64,000 bases of DNA from Marinicella sp. (GCA_965230295.1 OZ246001.1:3827502-3891501), one strand, 5' to 3'. Positions 9,532-19,860 are shown, counted from the first letter of the stretch. Program-made: numbers and translations. Notes: a model not told the origin generated them from the letters alone.

Positions 9532-10170
9532 TTAGGATTTTTTAATAATTTCATTGTAAATAGTATTTATTTCTTGGCTAATTTTTGAACTTATAAATTC
9601 TTTTGAATAAACTGCATTTAAGTTATATAGAATTATTGGTGTGGTTTTTGACAATCCTAAATTCGTCAATAACTGAATAGGGCTGATCTCAAAGTTTAAT
9701 TAGCTATTCATACCATATGTATGCCGGAGCCATTGAGCAGTTGCTTTTTCACATTTTTTTAATATCTTCTTCAAAGTATTTTTCTAAGACCGTGTTTTTT
9801 ATACAGCGGCTGATTTTGCAGAATCAATTTACTTATATCATCAAAAACTATTATTATATTGGTAATTTGACGTATAGAAACTGTTTTTTGAGATACACGT
9901 TTGGCTACAAAAGAAATATTACCTGAATCTAACTCATTGGAGTTTTGCGCACATTCCCTCTAAATTCACATATTTTTTGCTAAGTGATTGATTGTGAATG
10001 TCATGTATTTGTTAATAGAACAATGGTCAAAAAATGTGATCATCATTGTTTTTTGAAGATTACAACGACACCCATTCTGACCAGTTTTAATCCTAACATT
10101 TATAATGTATCTAATCTAATGTTTACAACTTTAAGTACTGAACCAATAATCATTCAAAGTTATCGGTGGC
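9532..10170 (-). pseudogene. Decayed paralog of the degenerate tyrosine recombinase at 13082-14332
   Basis: Frameshifted minus-strand translation: LGLKL...RQITNIII.FDDISKLILQNQPLY...KYFEEDIKKCEKATAQWLRHTYG...LTNLGLSKTTPIILY...EINTIYNEII*. Compare the intact gene: FGLKI...RQISTIV...DISKIIIQNQSIY...KYFIDDIEKCQMATAQWLRNSFG...LGNYAPLSVILY...DIENIYDQII. Confidence 0.88.
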
Positions 10171-10219
10171 TATTCAATAATTGACCCAAAAAATTAATTT
10201 AATTCTTAAATACAATAAG

Positions 10220-10289
10220 GAGTGCACTTATTTACTGACAAGAGTGGAAAGGGAAAATATAAAGAGTCTAGCTTTCGATAAGTGCACAA
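10220..10289 (-). repeat. Conserved 3' hairpin element (copy 2)
   Basis: Minus strand TTGTGCACTTATCGAAAG...TTCCCTTTCC...CAGTAAATAAGTGCAC; 10-bp inverted repeat. Confidence 0.65.
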
Positions 10290-10305
10290 ACTGGTTGTTT
10301 AATGA

Positions 10306-11886
10306 TTAATCAAATTCAAACCCGTTAGTAAAAATGGCTGATTCTTTGCCAAAGATCACATAGCTTCTACCAGGTGATGTATCAGCCGGACCTGCATCAG
10401 GAGCCCCAATGATCAAATCATCAAACCCATCATCATTGACATCACCAGCTGAACTGACTGAAAAACCAGAGGAGTCAGCTGTATTTTCACCATTGATAAC
10501 AAAGCCATTTTTACCATTTATTGAGGACAGTTCAAACGGATTGGGTAAACCACTAGCACTGCCAAAAATCACATAGCTTTTTCCTGCATCTGTATTACCA
10601 TTTGGATCGGCAAGATTGGCTCCAATAATCAAATCAAAAATTCCATCACCATTGACATCACCCGCTGAACTGACAGAGTGACCTGACTCATCACCTGTAT
10701 TTTCACCATTGATAACAAAGCCATTTTTACCATTTATTGAGGACAGTTCAAACGGATTGGGTAAACCACTGGCACTGCCAAAAATCACATAGCTTTTACC
10801 TGCATTTGTCTTACCATTTGGATCGGCAAGTTTAGCTCCAATTATCAAATCATCAATCCCATCGTCATTGACATCACCTGCTGAACTGACAGAAAAGCCC
10901 AAATAATCATCAATATTTTCACCATTGATAACTAGACCAATCGGGCTAGTTAGACTAGACAGAGTTAACGGATTAGGAAAACCACTATTCCTATTCCTGC
11001 CAAAGATCAAATAGCTTTTACCATCGCTTTCTGCTCCAGGTGCCCCTACAATTAAATCATCAACCCCATCATCATTAATATCACCAGCTGAGCTAACTGA
11101 ACGGCCTGACCAATCATTTTCATTTTCGCCTTCGATAACAAACCCATTTTCATCTTTGAGATTTGATAGGTTTAGCGATCCCGAAAAACCACTTTTACTG
11201 CCAAAAACCACATAGCTTTTACCTGCAGATGATTCGTTATTCGGGCTTGCAGAAAAGGCCCCAATAATTAAATCAACAACCCCATCACCGTTTACGTCAC
11301 CAGCAGAACTGACTGAATAACCCGAATAATCATCTTCATTTTCGCCATTAATCATAAAACCATCCACGCCATAGGGAAATGAAAGATCAATCGGATTAGG
11401 TAAATCATCCTCACTGCCATACACCACATAACTTTTACCAGCTTTTGACTGTGCGCCATAAGCTCCAATGATCAAGTCATCAATCTCATCGCCATTGACA
11501 TCACCTGCTGAACTAACTGAAATACCTGAAAAATAGAACCTATTAACACCATTGGCAACAAAACCATTCTCACCATCAAGAGCTGAAAGGCTCAACAGCT
11601 TGGGAAAATCACCCTCACTGCCATACACTACATAGCTTTTACCAGCATTAAATCTACCACCTAAACCAGCGCTAAAAGCCCCAATGATCAAATCATCAAT
11701 TCCATCACCATTGATATCACCAGCTGAACTGACTGAAAAACCAGAGGAATCACCTTCATTTTCGCCGTTCATAACAAAGCCGTTGCTGCCATCAATATCT
11801 TCTAAGTTAAGACTTGAATAATACTCAGCAAATCCATCAGTAGAAATAAGTATCAAAGTAAAAGTTATATAAATAAATGTTTTCAT
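10306..11886 (-). CDS. Secreted FG-GAP repeat protein (7 repeats)
   Basis: Signal peptide; SVSSAGDVNxDGxDDLIIGA repeats; ends AIFTNGFEFD. Confidence 0.92.
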   Translation of the reverse strand: MKTFIYITFTLILISTDGFAEYYSSLNLEDIDGSNGFVMNGENEGDSSGFSVSSAGDINGDGIDDLIIGAFSAGLGGRFNAGKSYVVYGSEGDFPKLLSLSALDGENGFVANGVNRFYFSGISVSSAGDVNGDEIDDLIIGAYGAQSKAGKSYVVYGSEDDLPNPIDLSFPYGVDGFMINGENEDDYSGYSVSSAGDVNGDGVVDLIIGAFSASPNNESSAGKSYVVFGSKSGFSGSLNLSNLKDENGFVIEGENENDWSGRSVSSAGDINDDGVDDLIVGAPGAESDGKSYLIFGRNRNSGFPNPLTLSSLTSPIGLVINGENIDDYLGFSVSSAGDVNDDGIDDLIIGAKLADPNGKTNAGKSYVIFGSASGLPNPFELSSINGKNGFVINGENTGDESGHSVSSAGDVNGDGIFDLIIGANLADPNGNTDAGKSYVIFGSASGLPNPFELSSINGKNGFVINGENTADSSGFSVSSAGDVNDDGFDDLIIGAPDAGPADTSPGRSYVIFGKESAIFTNGFEFD

Positions 11887-12179
11887 AATATCTCTCTAGT
11901 CTTCAAGGAAATTATATTTCGTCAGTTGACTAGCTTTAAGTCTGTTGAATACAAATTTTATTTTGGATGCTTCAAAAGTGCTGTGGAATATGTTGCAATG
12001 GGTATTGACTTTGTTGTAAACGACCTCTTGGTTTAATTCTGCAATAATTTCTGAAGGCCTTTGATTATGTATTGAGGATCAATGACCCAATAAACAATGA
12101 GACCGCAATTGGCATCAATAATGTGGGTGGGTTTAGGTGCGCAGACCACTGGAGGTGATATTTTATTGGTTGATTTGAA

Positions 12180-12737
12180 TGGCTCATCACCTGGTTTACT
12201 TGTCGCGGGTAACACTGTGATTTATGAAATCATGATTAGCAACGATGGGCCGATGGATGCCACCGATGTGGACGTCAGTGATACAACCTGAATTTAGTCG
12301 CTGTGGCTGGTGACACCTCCTGTGCACCAGCCAGTTTTATATATACCATCGCTTCACTCCCCAGTGTCACCAGTGAAAAATTAACTGTCTTAACCACCAT
12401 TAATGCGGTTGGGGTCTTTGATAATGTATATTCTGTGGGCGCAGATCAACCAGACGGCAATCAGTCAAATAATATCGATGATACAGGTAATGGTGGTGAT
12501 GAAATTATCATGAACAATGGATCTTTTGCATTCATTACATTACTTGACGATGAGTAAAGCTATCAGATAACAATCGATTTGCCACCTATTGATCCGATCC
12601 AACCCTGTACAATCACAAATGACATTGAATTAATTGCTGGTGATGATGTAATTGATGTGGAAGTGGCTTGTGAACGAGGAGATGATTTGATTTTTAGAAA
12701 TGATTTTGAAATGATGCCGCCAATTATTATGAAATAA
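12180..12737 (+). pseudogene. Fragmented DUF11-domain secreted protein
   Basis: YEIMISNDGPMDATDVDVSDT and DGNQSNN fragments in different frames; final fragment QPCTITND...VACERGDDLIFRNDFE. Confidence 0.7.
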
Positions 12738-13081
12738 AGATCAAATCTTTTCTAATTTTAACTCTGAAATTGGATGCTGAAGAAACTATGAGTACAGGAG
12801 GTATTTTGGGTTTCTAAAGGTGATGATATCAATAGTTTTAGAATACCATGTCTTTATGGTTCTGTGGGTATGTTATGTTGTCATTAACAAATTCATTTTA
12901 CCTCAAATAAATATCTCATCCTCGTCACGGTGCTAAAACTGAAGGAAAGGTCAAAAGGGTTTGGGTAAATGTAAATATTGGAAAAACAAGTTATCTAAGG
13001 GTAAATAAAGAAGAATTTAAATATATATTGAATCTACTTAACATTAAGTGAGGCTTACCAAATAAAATCACATTAATTTAA

Positions 13082-14332
13082 TCAGTTTGAAAGTTTGTTG
13101 TTTTCAATAATTTGGTCATATATATTTTCAATATCCAACTTATATTTATCGGTAAATTTGCCTGCATTTTTAGCTGAATTCACGCGATATAAAATAACTG
13201 ACAATGGGGCATAGTTACCAAGAGTTTTCATTGCCTCAATTGGTCTCATCGACTTATTTTCTACCTTTGCACTCCCAAATGAGTTTCTTAACCATTGAGC
13301 AGTAGCCATTTGGCACTTTTCAATATCATCAATGAAATATTTTTTGTATGTGGTATTTTCATAAATAGATTGGTTCTGAATAATTATTTTGCTGATATCC
13401 ATTAAAGTTGATCCAACAATGGTCGAAATCTGCCTAGTTGTTATTTTCTTTAGTTTATAGGTATTTGAAACCAAAGGAATGATGACATCAGAATCAGTTT
13501 CGAAATATTCAGCCATGTAGCTTAGTTGTGAATTAATTACTTTCAACTGCTCAGAGTTCAAACTGATATAACGTTCATTTGAACCCATGATTTTAAGGAA
13601 TAATTCATTTTCTAAAGAAATTACATCTGAATTTTTCATATTGGAAAGTTCTGTTATTTTGAGCCCGAACTCTAACAAAATGTAAATGATCAAAAAAGCG
13701 CGATTGGCTTCAAAACAATCATAAGAAAAGCGATCGTAATCTGTTTCTTGTGCTAATACTGTTAATATGAACCTAGTTAGCTGGGGGTTTAAAGTTTTGC
13801 TGTTATACCGACTTTCCAATTCGCTGAGAGAATCATCTTTCATGAGATAGGCTGGTACAGGGTTCCTATATAAATAACAATTTGATTTCAAAAATCTGTA
13901 AAGAGTGTGTATTTTCCTAAGTGAGGACCTTACTGAAACCTTGGATCGAATTGATTTACGAAAGGGACGCCATTCAGGATTAATGCTATCATCGATTAAG
14001 ATTTTTTTCTGATGAGTCCCCACCCATCTCTTTAAAGGTTTTGGATTGTAAAGAAATTCAGAGTAGGCCATGCAATTATCTGTCGTGAAAGCAGTAAAAG
14101 AAATGTTATTCTGCTCTAACCACAATAAAAATGTTTCAATTTCTTTGTAATAGGCACTTATGGTGTTTTTCACAGATTCCTTCATTGAAAGAAACTTCAT
14201 AATTGCATCAATATCAGTATTCACAGACAAATCGTTTTCTAAGTCTTTGCACAGGTTTTGGCCTGGAGCAAATACATCTGGCACTCTGTGCAGAATAACT
14301 TTTGAGGATTTATATAACAGTATCGGCTCCAT
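13082..14332 (-). CDS. Tyrosine-recombinase-fold protein with degenerate catalytic motifs (candidate TnsF-like target selector)
   Basis: Core-binding domain (T..AYYKEIETFLLW, WRPF, YLYRNP); box I FGLKITEL (R to K); no GKG/K; box II QWLRNS (H to Q); LGN (H to N); Tyr retained; starts 11 nt after the tniQ stop. Confidence 0.85.
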   Translation of the reverse strand: MEPILLYKSSKVILHRVPDVFAPGQNLCKDLENDLSVNTDIDAIMKFLSMKESVKNTISAYYKEIETFLLWLEQNNISFTAFTTDNCMAYSEFLYNPKPLKRWVGTHQKKILIDDSINPEWRPFRKSIRSKVSVRSSLRKIHTLYRFLKSNCYLYRNPVPAYLMKDDSLSELESRYNSKTLNPQLTRFILTVLAQETDYDRFSYDCFEANRAFLIIYILLEFGLKITELSNMKNSDVISLENELFLKIMGSNERYISLNSEQLKVINSQLSYMAEYFETDSDVIIPLVSNTYKLKKITTRQISTIVGSTLMDISKIIIQNQSIYENTTYKKYFIDDIEKCQMATAQWLRNSFGSAKVENKSMRPIEAMKTLGNYAPLSVILYRVNSAKNAGKFTDKYKLDIENIYDQIIENNKLSN

Positions 14333-14343
14333 AATTTACACTC

Positions 14344-15705
14344 TTAGAAATATGAGTTGATTGCTTCGCCACCGAGATTAAAAATACTCAATAATTTTCT
14401 GGATTGTTTATTATCAAATTCAAAAATATCTTCAGGATAATAAACTGATAGTTTTAATTCATCTAATATGAATGTATATGGGCACCTGCATTCAAAGTTA
14501 TTTTGCAAGCCACCAACTATTTTACCATCGTCACTCTTTTTTGTTTGTTCCAAGAAAGATGACACGTACTTGAAAATACTGAGATAAGTGGTCCATAAAT
14601 CTATCTTATAAACCAACATTGATAGCTCCATAGGCATGCGATAGAACTTTAATTCTGATTTATCACAAATTACTTCATGTCTAATGAAAAACTGATGGAC
14701 TTGAGGTAGCTTAAGGCCACGACTAGTCATGTTGTTATATAAATCAGTAAAAACTGAAGCAGACCTATCTTCTGGCACATAATGACCATCATGAAGTAGC
14801 TTAATTAACTCTAGTGTGTTTGTCTTAATGTGGGCACTTGTTAAATCAGCGGTGTTGTTTTTAAGTAAGCATCTAATTTTTGATAATGATTTTTGGGTTA
14901 CTCTAACTTTTTGCTTATCTAGAGCACTCCAATAGTCATTTTCATTCACAAATCTGGACATATTGTCATCAGTTGTAACAGTATATTTTTGCTTGTTAAT
15001 TCGATAAAAAGGAACTTTTAACTCTTGAGCAAGTTGTTTCTCTGATTCAAATAAATCACCTTCCTTTGCCATTACAGATAAATTGAAAATGTGGTTATTA
15101 TTAATAACAGGCTTTGGAGTGAAAAACTGTGTATCTAAATACAGTTCAAATTTTGGCAGATACTTTTTCGAACGTCTTATGATTGAGTTTAAGAAATGGA
15201 CTTGGTCAAATTTTTCGTCACATGGTATTTTATTTGATTTGACTATTTGATTATCTAATTTTGTACCACAGGAACTACAGCCTCTTGATATTAAGTCATG
15301 AGACATAGGCCAGTGAATTCCACATACATGACAGTTTGTTATTAAATCAGCATCATGAATAGGGCACTTTAGTAACCAAGGTTCATCAAATAGTTTTGTA
15401 TGAAACCCAATCTCAGCGCATTCTGGGCAATGCTTTAGTGGTCTATATCCTTTTTGTAATAAAAGATTCAACCTTTGATCTGATGGAATGTTTGATCTTT
15501 CATACATACTAGCAAGCAATGCAGGCTTGTATGCAATCAGTTTAGAATTAATAAATAGCTCACTTCCTTTGATGCCGACGTTCTTGAATTCTTTAATGAC
15601 TTTGCAGATAGAATTTAACCTTTGATTTGCAATAAGAAACCTGCGATAAGCGGAGTAGGGGCTTTCTCCTGGTCTTTTCAGCATTTGGCCAGTATTAATC
15701 ATCAA
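14344..15705 (-). CDS. tniQ: TniQ/TnsD-family protein
   Basis: Zinc-finger motifs CPEC...CPIH...CHVC...CSSCG; ATGA overlap with tnsC. Confidence 0.85.
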   Translation of the reverse strand: MMINTGQMLKRPGESPYSAYRRFLIANQRLNSICKVIKEFKNVGIKGSELFINSKLIAYKPALLASMYERSNIPSDQRLNLLLQKGYRPLKHCPECAEIGFHTKLFDEPWLLKCPIHDADLITNCHVCGIHWPMSHDLISRGCSSCGTKLDNQIVKSNKIPCDEKFDQVHFLNSIIRRSKKYLPKFELYLDTQFFTPKPVINNNHIFNLSVMAKEGDLFESEKQLAQELKVPFYRINKQKYTVTTDDNMSRFVNENDYWSALDKQKVRVTQKSLSKIRCLLKNNTADLTSAHIKTNTLELIKLLHDGHYVPEDRSASVFTDLYNNMTSRGLKLPQVHQFFIRHEVICDKSELKFYRMPMELSMLVYKIDLWTTYLSIFKYVSSFLEQTKKSDDGKIVGGLQNNFECRCPYTFILDELKLSVYYPEDIFEFDNKQSRKLLSIFNLGGEAINSYF

Positions 15706-16664
15706 ACTAACTCAACTTCATCAGGAATCAAGCCAGAAGCATTTATACTGGCTTCTACCATCTGGCTCATTAGAATAGGGTCATTGACTCCGTTGTTGGG
15801 AATAAAATCAAACAACAATATACGAATCATGGATAGAAAGTATTGAATGGGCCATGACTCTATTCCAGCTTCTTTACGAAAGCATTCCTCATAAACTTGC
15901 CAGATGATTTCTGTAATATCAATTAATCTCCAGTCATCAGACACTTCCTGATTCCATAGGTATTCTTTGGTATACGAGTTTTTCTTTGTAAACAAATATT
16001 TTTGATCAATCTCACTTAAACATGCCTTCAGTTCTATTTCCTTTCTGATTCCATAGAAATTATGAAATTTCAATAAAAACCGTCCCCTTATCAATTCATA
16101 CTGTGGGTTTTCTTTCATCTTGTCTAATAACTGTACCGAAGCAGAATGATTCCCAACAAAGAAAATCGAAAGATGAATCCCAAAATTCATCAATCCATCA
16201 TAGAGTTCAGCAAATACTTCAAACTGTTTAGGCCTAAGTCTTTGCATTTCATCAATAAAAAGAATCAGATTATGAGGAGTTTTAGAATTAGTCGCAGACT
16301 CACCAAGAAAATAAATCAAATCATTAGCCATAATGTCTGCGCGAGTATTCTCAGTTATTGATAGTTCAGCTGAATAGCACAGCTGCCTAAGTATTCCTGT
16401 AATGGTTCCTACATCTCTTGGTGCTATAGAAGTGAAATGGCAATTAATTTTTTGATTTCTTCTTGTGTATATTCGATCTTTGACATGCTGTATTGCCGAG
16501 GTTTTTCCAATTCGGTTAGAACCAAGAATGACCCCTCCAGAGAAGCCATTCAAATGCCATTTATGGATGACCTCAGACAGTTCATCAATCATCGGAGTTG
16601 TTATAAAAAACTCCTTTAGATTCATCATCTGATCATAAATATTTGAGGAGCCATCATTACTCAT
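15702..16664 (-). CDS. tnsC: TnsC-like AAA+ ATPase
   Basis: Walker A GSNRIGKT; Walker B LFIDE; AAGGAG RBS and ATGA overlap with the tnsB stop support a start at 16664. Confidence 0.88.
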   Translation of the reverse strand: MSNDGSSNIYDQMMNLKEFFITTPMIDELSEVIHKWHLNGFSGGVILGSNRIGKTSAIQHVKDRIYTRRNQKINCHFTSIAPRDVGTITGILRQLCYSAELSITENTRADIMANDLIYFLGESATNSKTPHNLILFIDEMQRLRPKQFEVFAELYDGLMNFGIHLSIFFVGNHSASVQLLDKMKENPQYELIRGRFLLKFHNFYGIRKEIELKACLSEIDQKYLFTKKNSYTKEYLWNQEVSDDWRLIDITEIIWQVYEECFRKEAGIESWPIQYFLSMIRILLFDFIPNNGVNDPILMSQMVEASINASGLIPDEVELV

Positions 16665-18565
16665 CTTTTTTCTCCTTTGAATAAACCTCTGTTCCATTCG
16701 AAAGGGTTGTGTGATTTCCCGGTTTGAGTAAGATCTACTTCGTGATTGCTGTTGTTATTAAAATCATTTATTTCATCATCAGTTTTAAGGTGGTCAAAGG
16801 TGTTTATGCTTGAATTAAACTCTTTGGCCAGCCTCACTATTTCTAATGCTTCGCTAGGAAGGTGCTTGTCTCTCATGTGAATATCAAACATATTTCTGAG
16901 GGGATCTTTCAGTTTCAGGTTTTCCTTTCTGGTATATTTTGAGATTCTTTTTTTGGTTCTAAGCGAGAATGGGTGAGACTGCCAAGAAAGTGGAGCCATC
17001 AAAGCTCCAAGAGATGTTCCATCTTCCTTAAATGCTTCAACCACTCTCAAGTCCCTTCTGTCAAAACGGATGGTTATTTTCTGATTTTCTAATTCAGACT
17101 CGTTCAATCCTTCTCCAACATACCGAAGCCCATTAAAACTGATTTCTGGTGCTCGATTGTCACTTTTATACCAACATATTTTTCTGGTGTCTTGAGATAC
17201 AAATGGGCCTATGTTGTCTTCCCTCATTGCATAATTAATCCTTAGTGGATGACGTTCGTTTTGATATTTCAGATAATCTAATGGTGAAAGACCTCCCAAG
17301 CGCTCACGAGGCCGAGTGTTCTCAGCTGACACGACTACACTGATAACTTCTTCTAGTGTGCGCAGGGAAAAAGTAGGAACCTTCTTTGTATTAGATTTTG
17401 TTTCTTTAAGAGGATCTAAAACATGGGAGCCAGTTGTTGATGGAAAACGATGAATAATTTCATTTAATAATTTAAATGCGTACTCAATTAATTGTCTACT
17501 CTTAGGATTTGCTGGTAAACCATAATTGAGGGTTGCTCCCAATGTAATTAAAACATAATCTTTTATACTCTTAGCCCTATGGCATTTTGCATTATCAAGT
17601 CCTACAATGCCAATTGATCGAAATTGAAACTCCTCATCCAGAGCACTTGGTAAACATGCACCCAATTGATATTCTAGCCCTGGTGTTTTCAATTCCATTG
17701 GCTCCCATTTTTCGTTTAGAAAACTGAATAAATTCAATAAGTCATCTTGATTAGGTTCTTTGGTGTAGCACAAAAAGTAAGAAAGAATACAATCAGATGC
17801 AACATCTTTCATCATAAATAAAGAAAGTCGCGAGAGCTTTAATGTTTTAATTACTCCATTATCATCAATAGCTATATTTACTTTTATATCTGTTAACTGA
17901 GAATCCAGTTGTATTTTTTGAAATGGCAGGAGGTCAATAATTTGAGTCTGGTTAATTGACCGCTGTTTTTTCTTCTTTGGCATGCGGTATTTATTAACCA
18001 ATTTATGAAAATACCTTCTACAACTTTCTAATGCCTTGTTAGACTGATCGAAAGGATATTGATCATCAGGCCAGTTTAAGTCTTCCAACTCTGCTAGAAA
18101 CGCTTTATGAAAACTTTTTGGGGTCATGTTTTCTGCATTAGGATCCCTTCGCACAAACGCTTTTACTTTGTTCTTGAGTCTTTCGGTCATTTCTATGTTT
18201 TCCTCAAGAATTTTAGTAAATGAACCTCGAGCTCCTGAACATTTATGCTTACTTAAAGATTTTTTTCTTTTTCCATTATTTATTTTTTGACCTGGAATCA
18301 ATGCTTTAGTTAAAGGTTGATCGTCATCCTCATAACCTGCCAATGCTCTACTCATTAAACGGCTTATTGCTGAAACCGAGATATTTTCCTCATCAGCTAT
18401 ATCTTTAAACCTAATACCTAACAGTACTTTTATTACAATCCGTTGATTTCTTAAAAATTTTGTTCTTTTAACCCCCTTAAATTTCTTATGGTTTACTTTC
18501 GGCCAATTTTTATAATCTCTAAGTAGTGGAGAATACTGAAGCCGGAGTAACCATGTTAACCACAT
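16661..18565 (-). CDS. tnsB: TnsB-like DDE transposase
   Basis: QLDSQLTD, GLDNAKCH and LIEYAF give the D-D-E triad; Mu-transposase-like C-terminus. Confidence 0.88.
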   Translation of the reverse strand: MWLTWLLRLQYSPLLRDYKNWPKVNHKKFKGVKRTKFLRNQRIVIKVLLGIRFKDIADEENISVSAISRLMSRALAGYEDDDQPLTKALIPGQKINNGKRKKSLSKHKCSGARGSFTKILEENIEMTERLKNKVKAFVRRDPNAENMTPKSFHKAFLAELEDLNWPDDQYPFDQSNKALESCRRYFHKLVNKYRMPKKKKQRSINQTQIIDLLPFQKIQLDSQLTDIKVNIAIDDNGVIKTLKLSRLSLFMMKDVASDCILSYFLCYTKEPNQDDLLNLFSFLNEKWEPMELKTPGLEYQLGACLPSALDEEFQFRSIGIVGLDNAKCHRAKSIKDYVLITLGATLNYGLPANPKSRQLIEYAFKLLNEIIHRFPSTTGSHVLDPLKETKSNTKKVPTFSLRTLEEVISVVVSAENTRPRERLGGLSPLDYLKYQNERHPLRINYAMREDNIGPFVSQDTRKICWYKSDNRAPEISFNGLRYVGEGLNESELENQKITIRFDRRDLRVVEAFKEDGTSLGALMAPLSWQSHPFSLRTKKRISKYTRKENLKLKDPLRNMFDIHMRDKHLPSEALEIVRLAKEFNSSINTFDHLKTDDEINDFNNNSNHEVDLTQTGKSHNPFEWNRGLFKGEKR

Positions 18566-19221
18566 AATTTCACCTCAGTATCATATGAAAACGGCCTCTC
18601 TTCTAAATTCATGATAACCATCCCTTTATGACATAATCTATAGAAAGCAATCTCATGAGCTTTTTTATTAAACCTATCATGCTGAGAAATGATGTCACCC
18701 AACTGCTGCTCTGGTGTAATGCTTAAGGAATCTAATATCTTATATTCTTGGTTCTGTGTTTCAATGTGACTGTTTATAACAAGAGCTCTGATAATTTCGA
18801 GCCAGTTAACAGCAAATATTTCTCTATCCAACACTTCTTCATTTGAGATAACCAAGAATTCAATATTTTCTCTTTTTAGGTAGGCTTTTAATGGGATTTG
18901 TATTCTCTGACTAAATTTACCCTTAGGTTTGAGTTCAACAATATATTTCTTGCCATTTTTTACATAGTAACAATCAGGGATATATGGCCTGTTTCCTATT
19001 AAGAATTTGTGTGATTGAGGCACAAATCTTGTTACTTCAGGATCACTTTCTAAAATTGCCGCATGAAGAAATTCGCTCTTCGAATGAAATATTCCAACTT
19101 CTGGAAATTTAATGAATATTTGATAAAAACAATTACTGCCTTCTTCTATTTTTTTCGCGTCAGCCATATGCTGGAAAGGGGTTAATGTATCTGTTTTTAC
19201 TTTTAAATTACTAGTTTTCAT
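18556..19221 (-). CDS. tnsA: TnsA-like PD-(D/E)XK endonuclease
   Basis: SKSEF...LESDPEV...Q, YIPD and IVELKP motifs; overlaps the tnsB start. Confidence 0.85.
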   Translation of the reverse strand: MKTSNLKVKTDTLTPFQHMADAKKIEEGSNCFYQIFIKFPEVGIFHSKSEFLHAAILESDPEVTRFVPQSHKFLIGNRPYIPDCYYVKNGKKYIVELKPKGKFSQRIQIPLKAYLKRENIEFLVISNEEVLDREIFAVNWLEIIRALVINSHIETQNQEYKILDSLSITPEQQLGDIISQHDRFNKKAHEIAFYRLCHKGMVIMNLEERPFSYDTEVKLCG

Positions 19222-19259
19222 CTCTCAATAATTAGGAATAAAACATTTTTAATTTATCA

Positions 19260-19317
19260 AACAACAATATTTATTGGAAGTAACAACAATATTTTCTGTT
19301 GTTACAACATTTTATTG
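19260..19317. repeat. About 22-bp-period direct repeats (ACAACAATATTT-like) with near-palindrome TGTTGTTACAACA; candidate TnsB sites, transposon end or regulator operator
   Basis: ACAACAATATTTATTG (19261), ACAACAATATTTTCTG (19283), ACAACATTTTATTG (19304). Confidence 0.6.
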
Positions 19318-19389
19318 AAAAATTTTATAGCCAATGCTATATTGATAGTTGTAATTTTTTAAACGTATTAGTCGGAGCATGAAATCTTC

Positions 19390-19860
19390 ATGGTCGAAAA
19401 ACAAAATAATGTAAAAGGTTACAAACCTGGCCAGGTTTGTGAGCTTATAGGTGAGAGCTATGAAACCCTAAGATATTGGAGAGAATACCTATACCCCAAA
19501 CCTCCCCAAATTCATTTCAGTTTGAATGATATTTTCATTTACCATTTCATAAAATCTTTTATTAAAGGAAAGAGAGTAGATGTCAACGAACTTGAAAAAG
19601 TAGAATGGAGAAAAATTTTACAAAGATGTAGTAGCTTGAGTGCTGAAGAGAAAAAGTCTTGCATTGCTGTATTTGACTTTCAGAGCAGAAAATTTTCTTT
19701 TATAACATCTATCAATCAAATAGATTTAAGCGATGACAGGTACACTTTTGTTTACATGAAAACAATTTTTAATCGATTTAATTTATCATTGCGAAAATTT
19801 GGAAATGCTAGGTCAAATATTGTTCCTATAGAAACCGGCCTTTTTATTGAAGCCTCTTAA
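19390..19860 (+). CDS. MerR-type HTH regulator divergent from tnsA
   Basis: YKPGQVCELIGESYETLRYW resembles a MerR HTH. Confidence 0.65.
   Translation: MVEKQNNVKGYKPGQVCELIGESYETLRYWREYLYPKPPQIHFSLNDIFIYHFIKSFIKGKRVDVNELEKVEWRKILQRCSSLSAEEKKSCIAVFDFQSRKFSFITSINQIDLSDDRYTFVYMKTIFNRFNLSLRKFGNARSNIVPIETGLFIEAS

Larger units (their letters stand above)
13082..19317 (-). mobile_element. Tn7-like transposition module (tnsA-tnsB-tnsC-tniQ-degenerate YR)
   Basis: Five co-oriented, overlapping or tightly spaced genes; true termini not firmly established; no cas genes in the window. Confidence 0.88.

Noticed and set aside
12871-13030. Candidate left end TGTTGTCATTAAC at 12876 with near target duplication (TGTTA versus TTTTA at 19310)
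   Set aside because: The duplication has a mismatch, internal repeat matches are weak in AT-rich DNA, and the region looks like a coding remnant. Not called.
13036-13063. dif-like half site (ACTTAACATTA); similar at 3058-3068 (ATTAAACATAA)
   Set aside because: Only a XerD-like arm, with no XerC arm at 6-bp spacing; expected by chance in AT-rich DNA.
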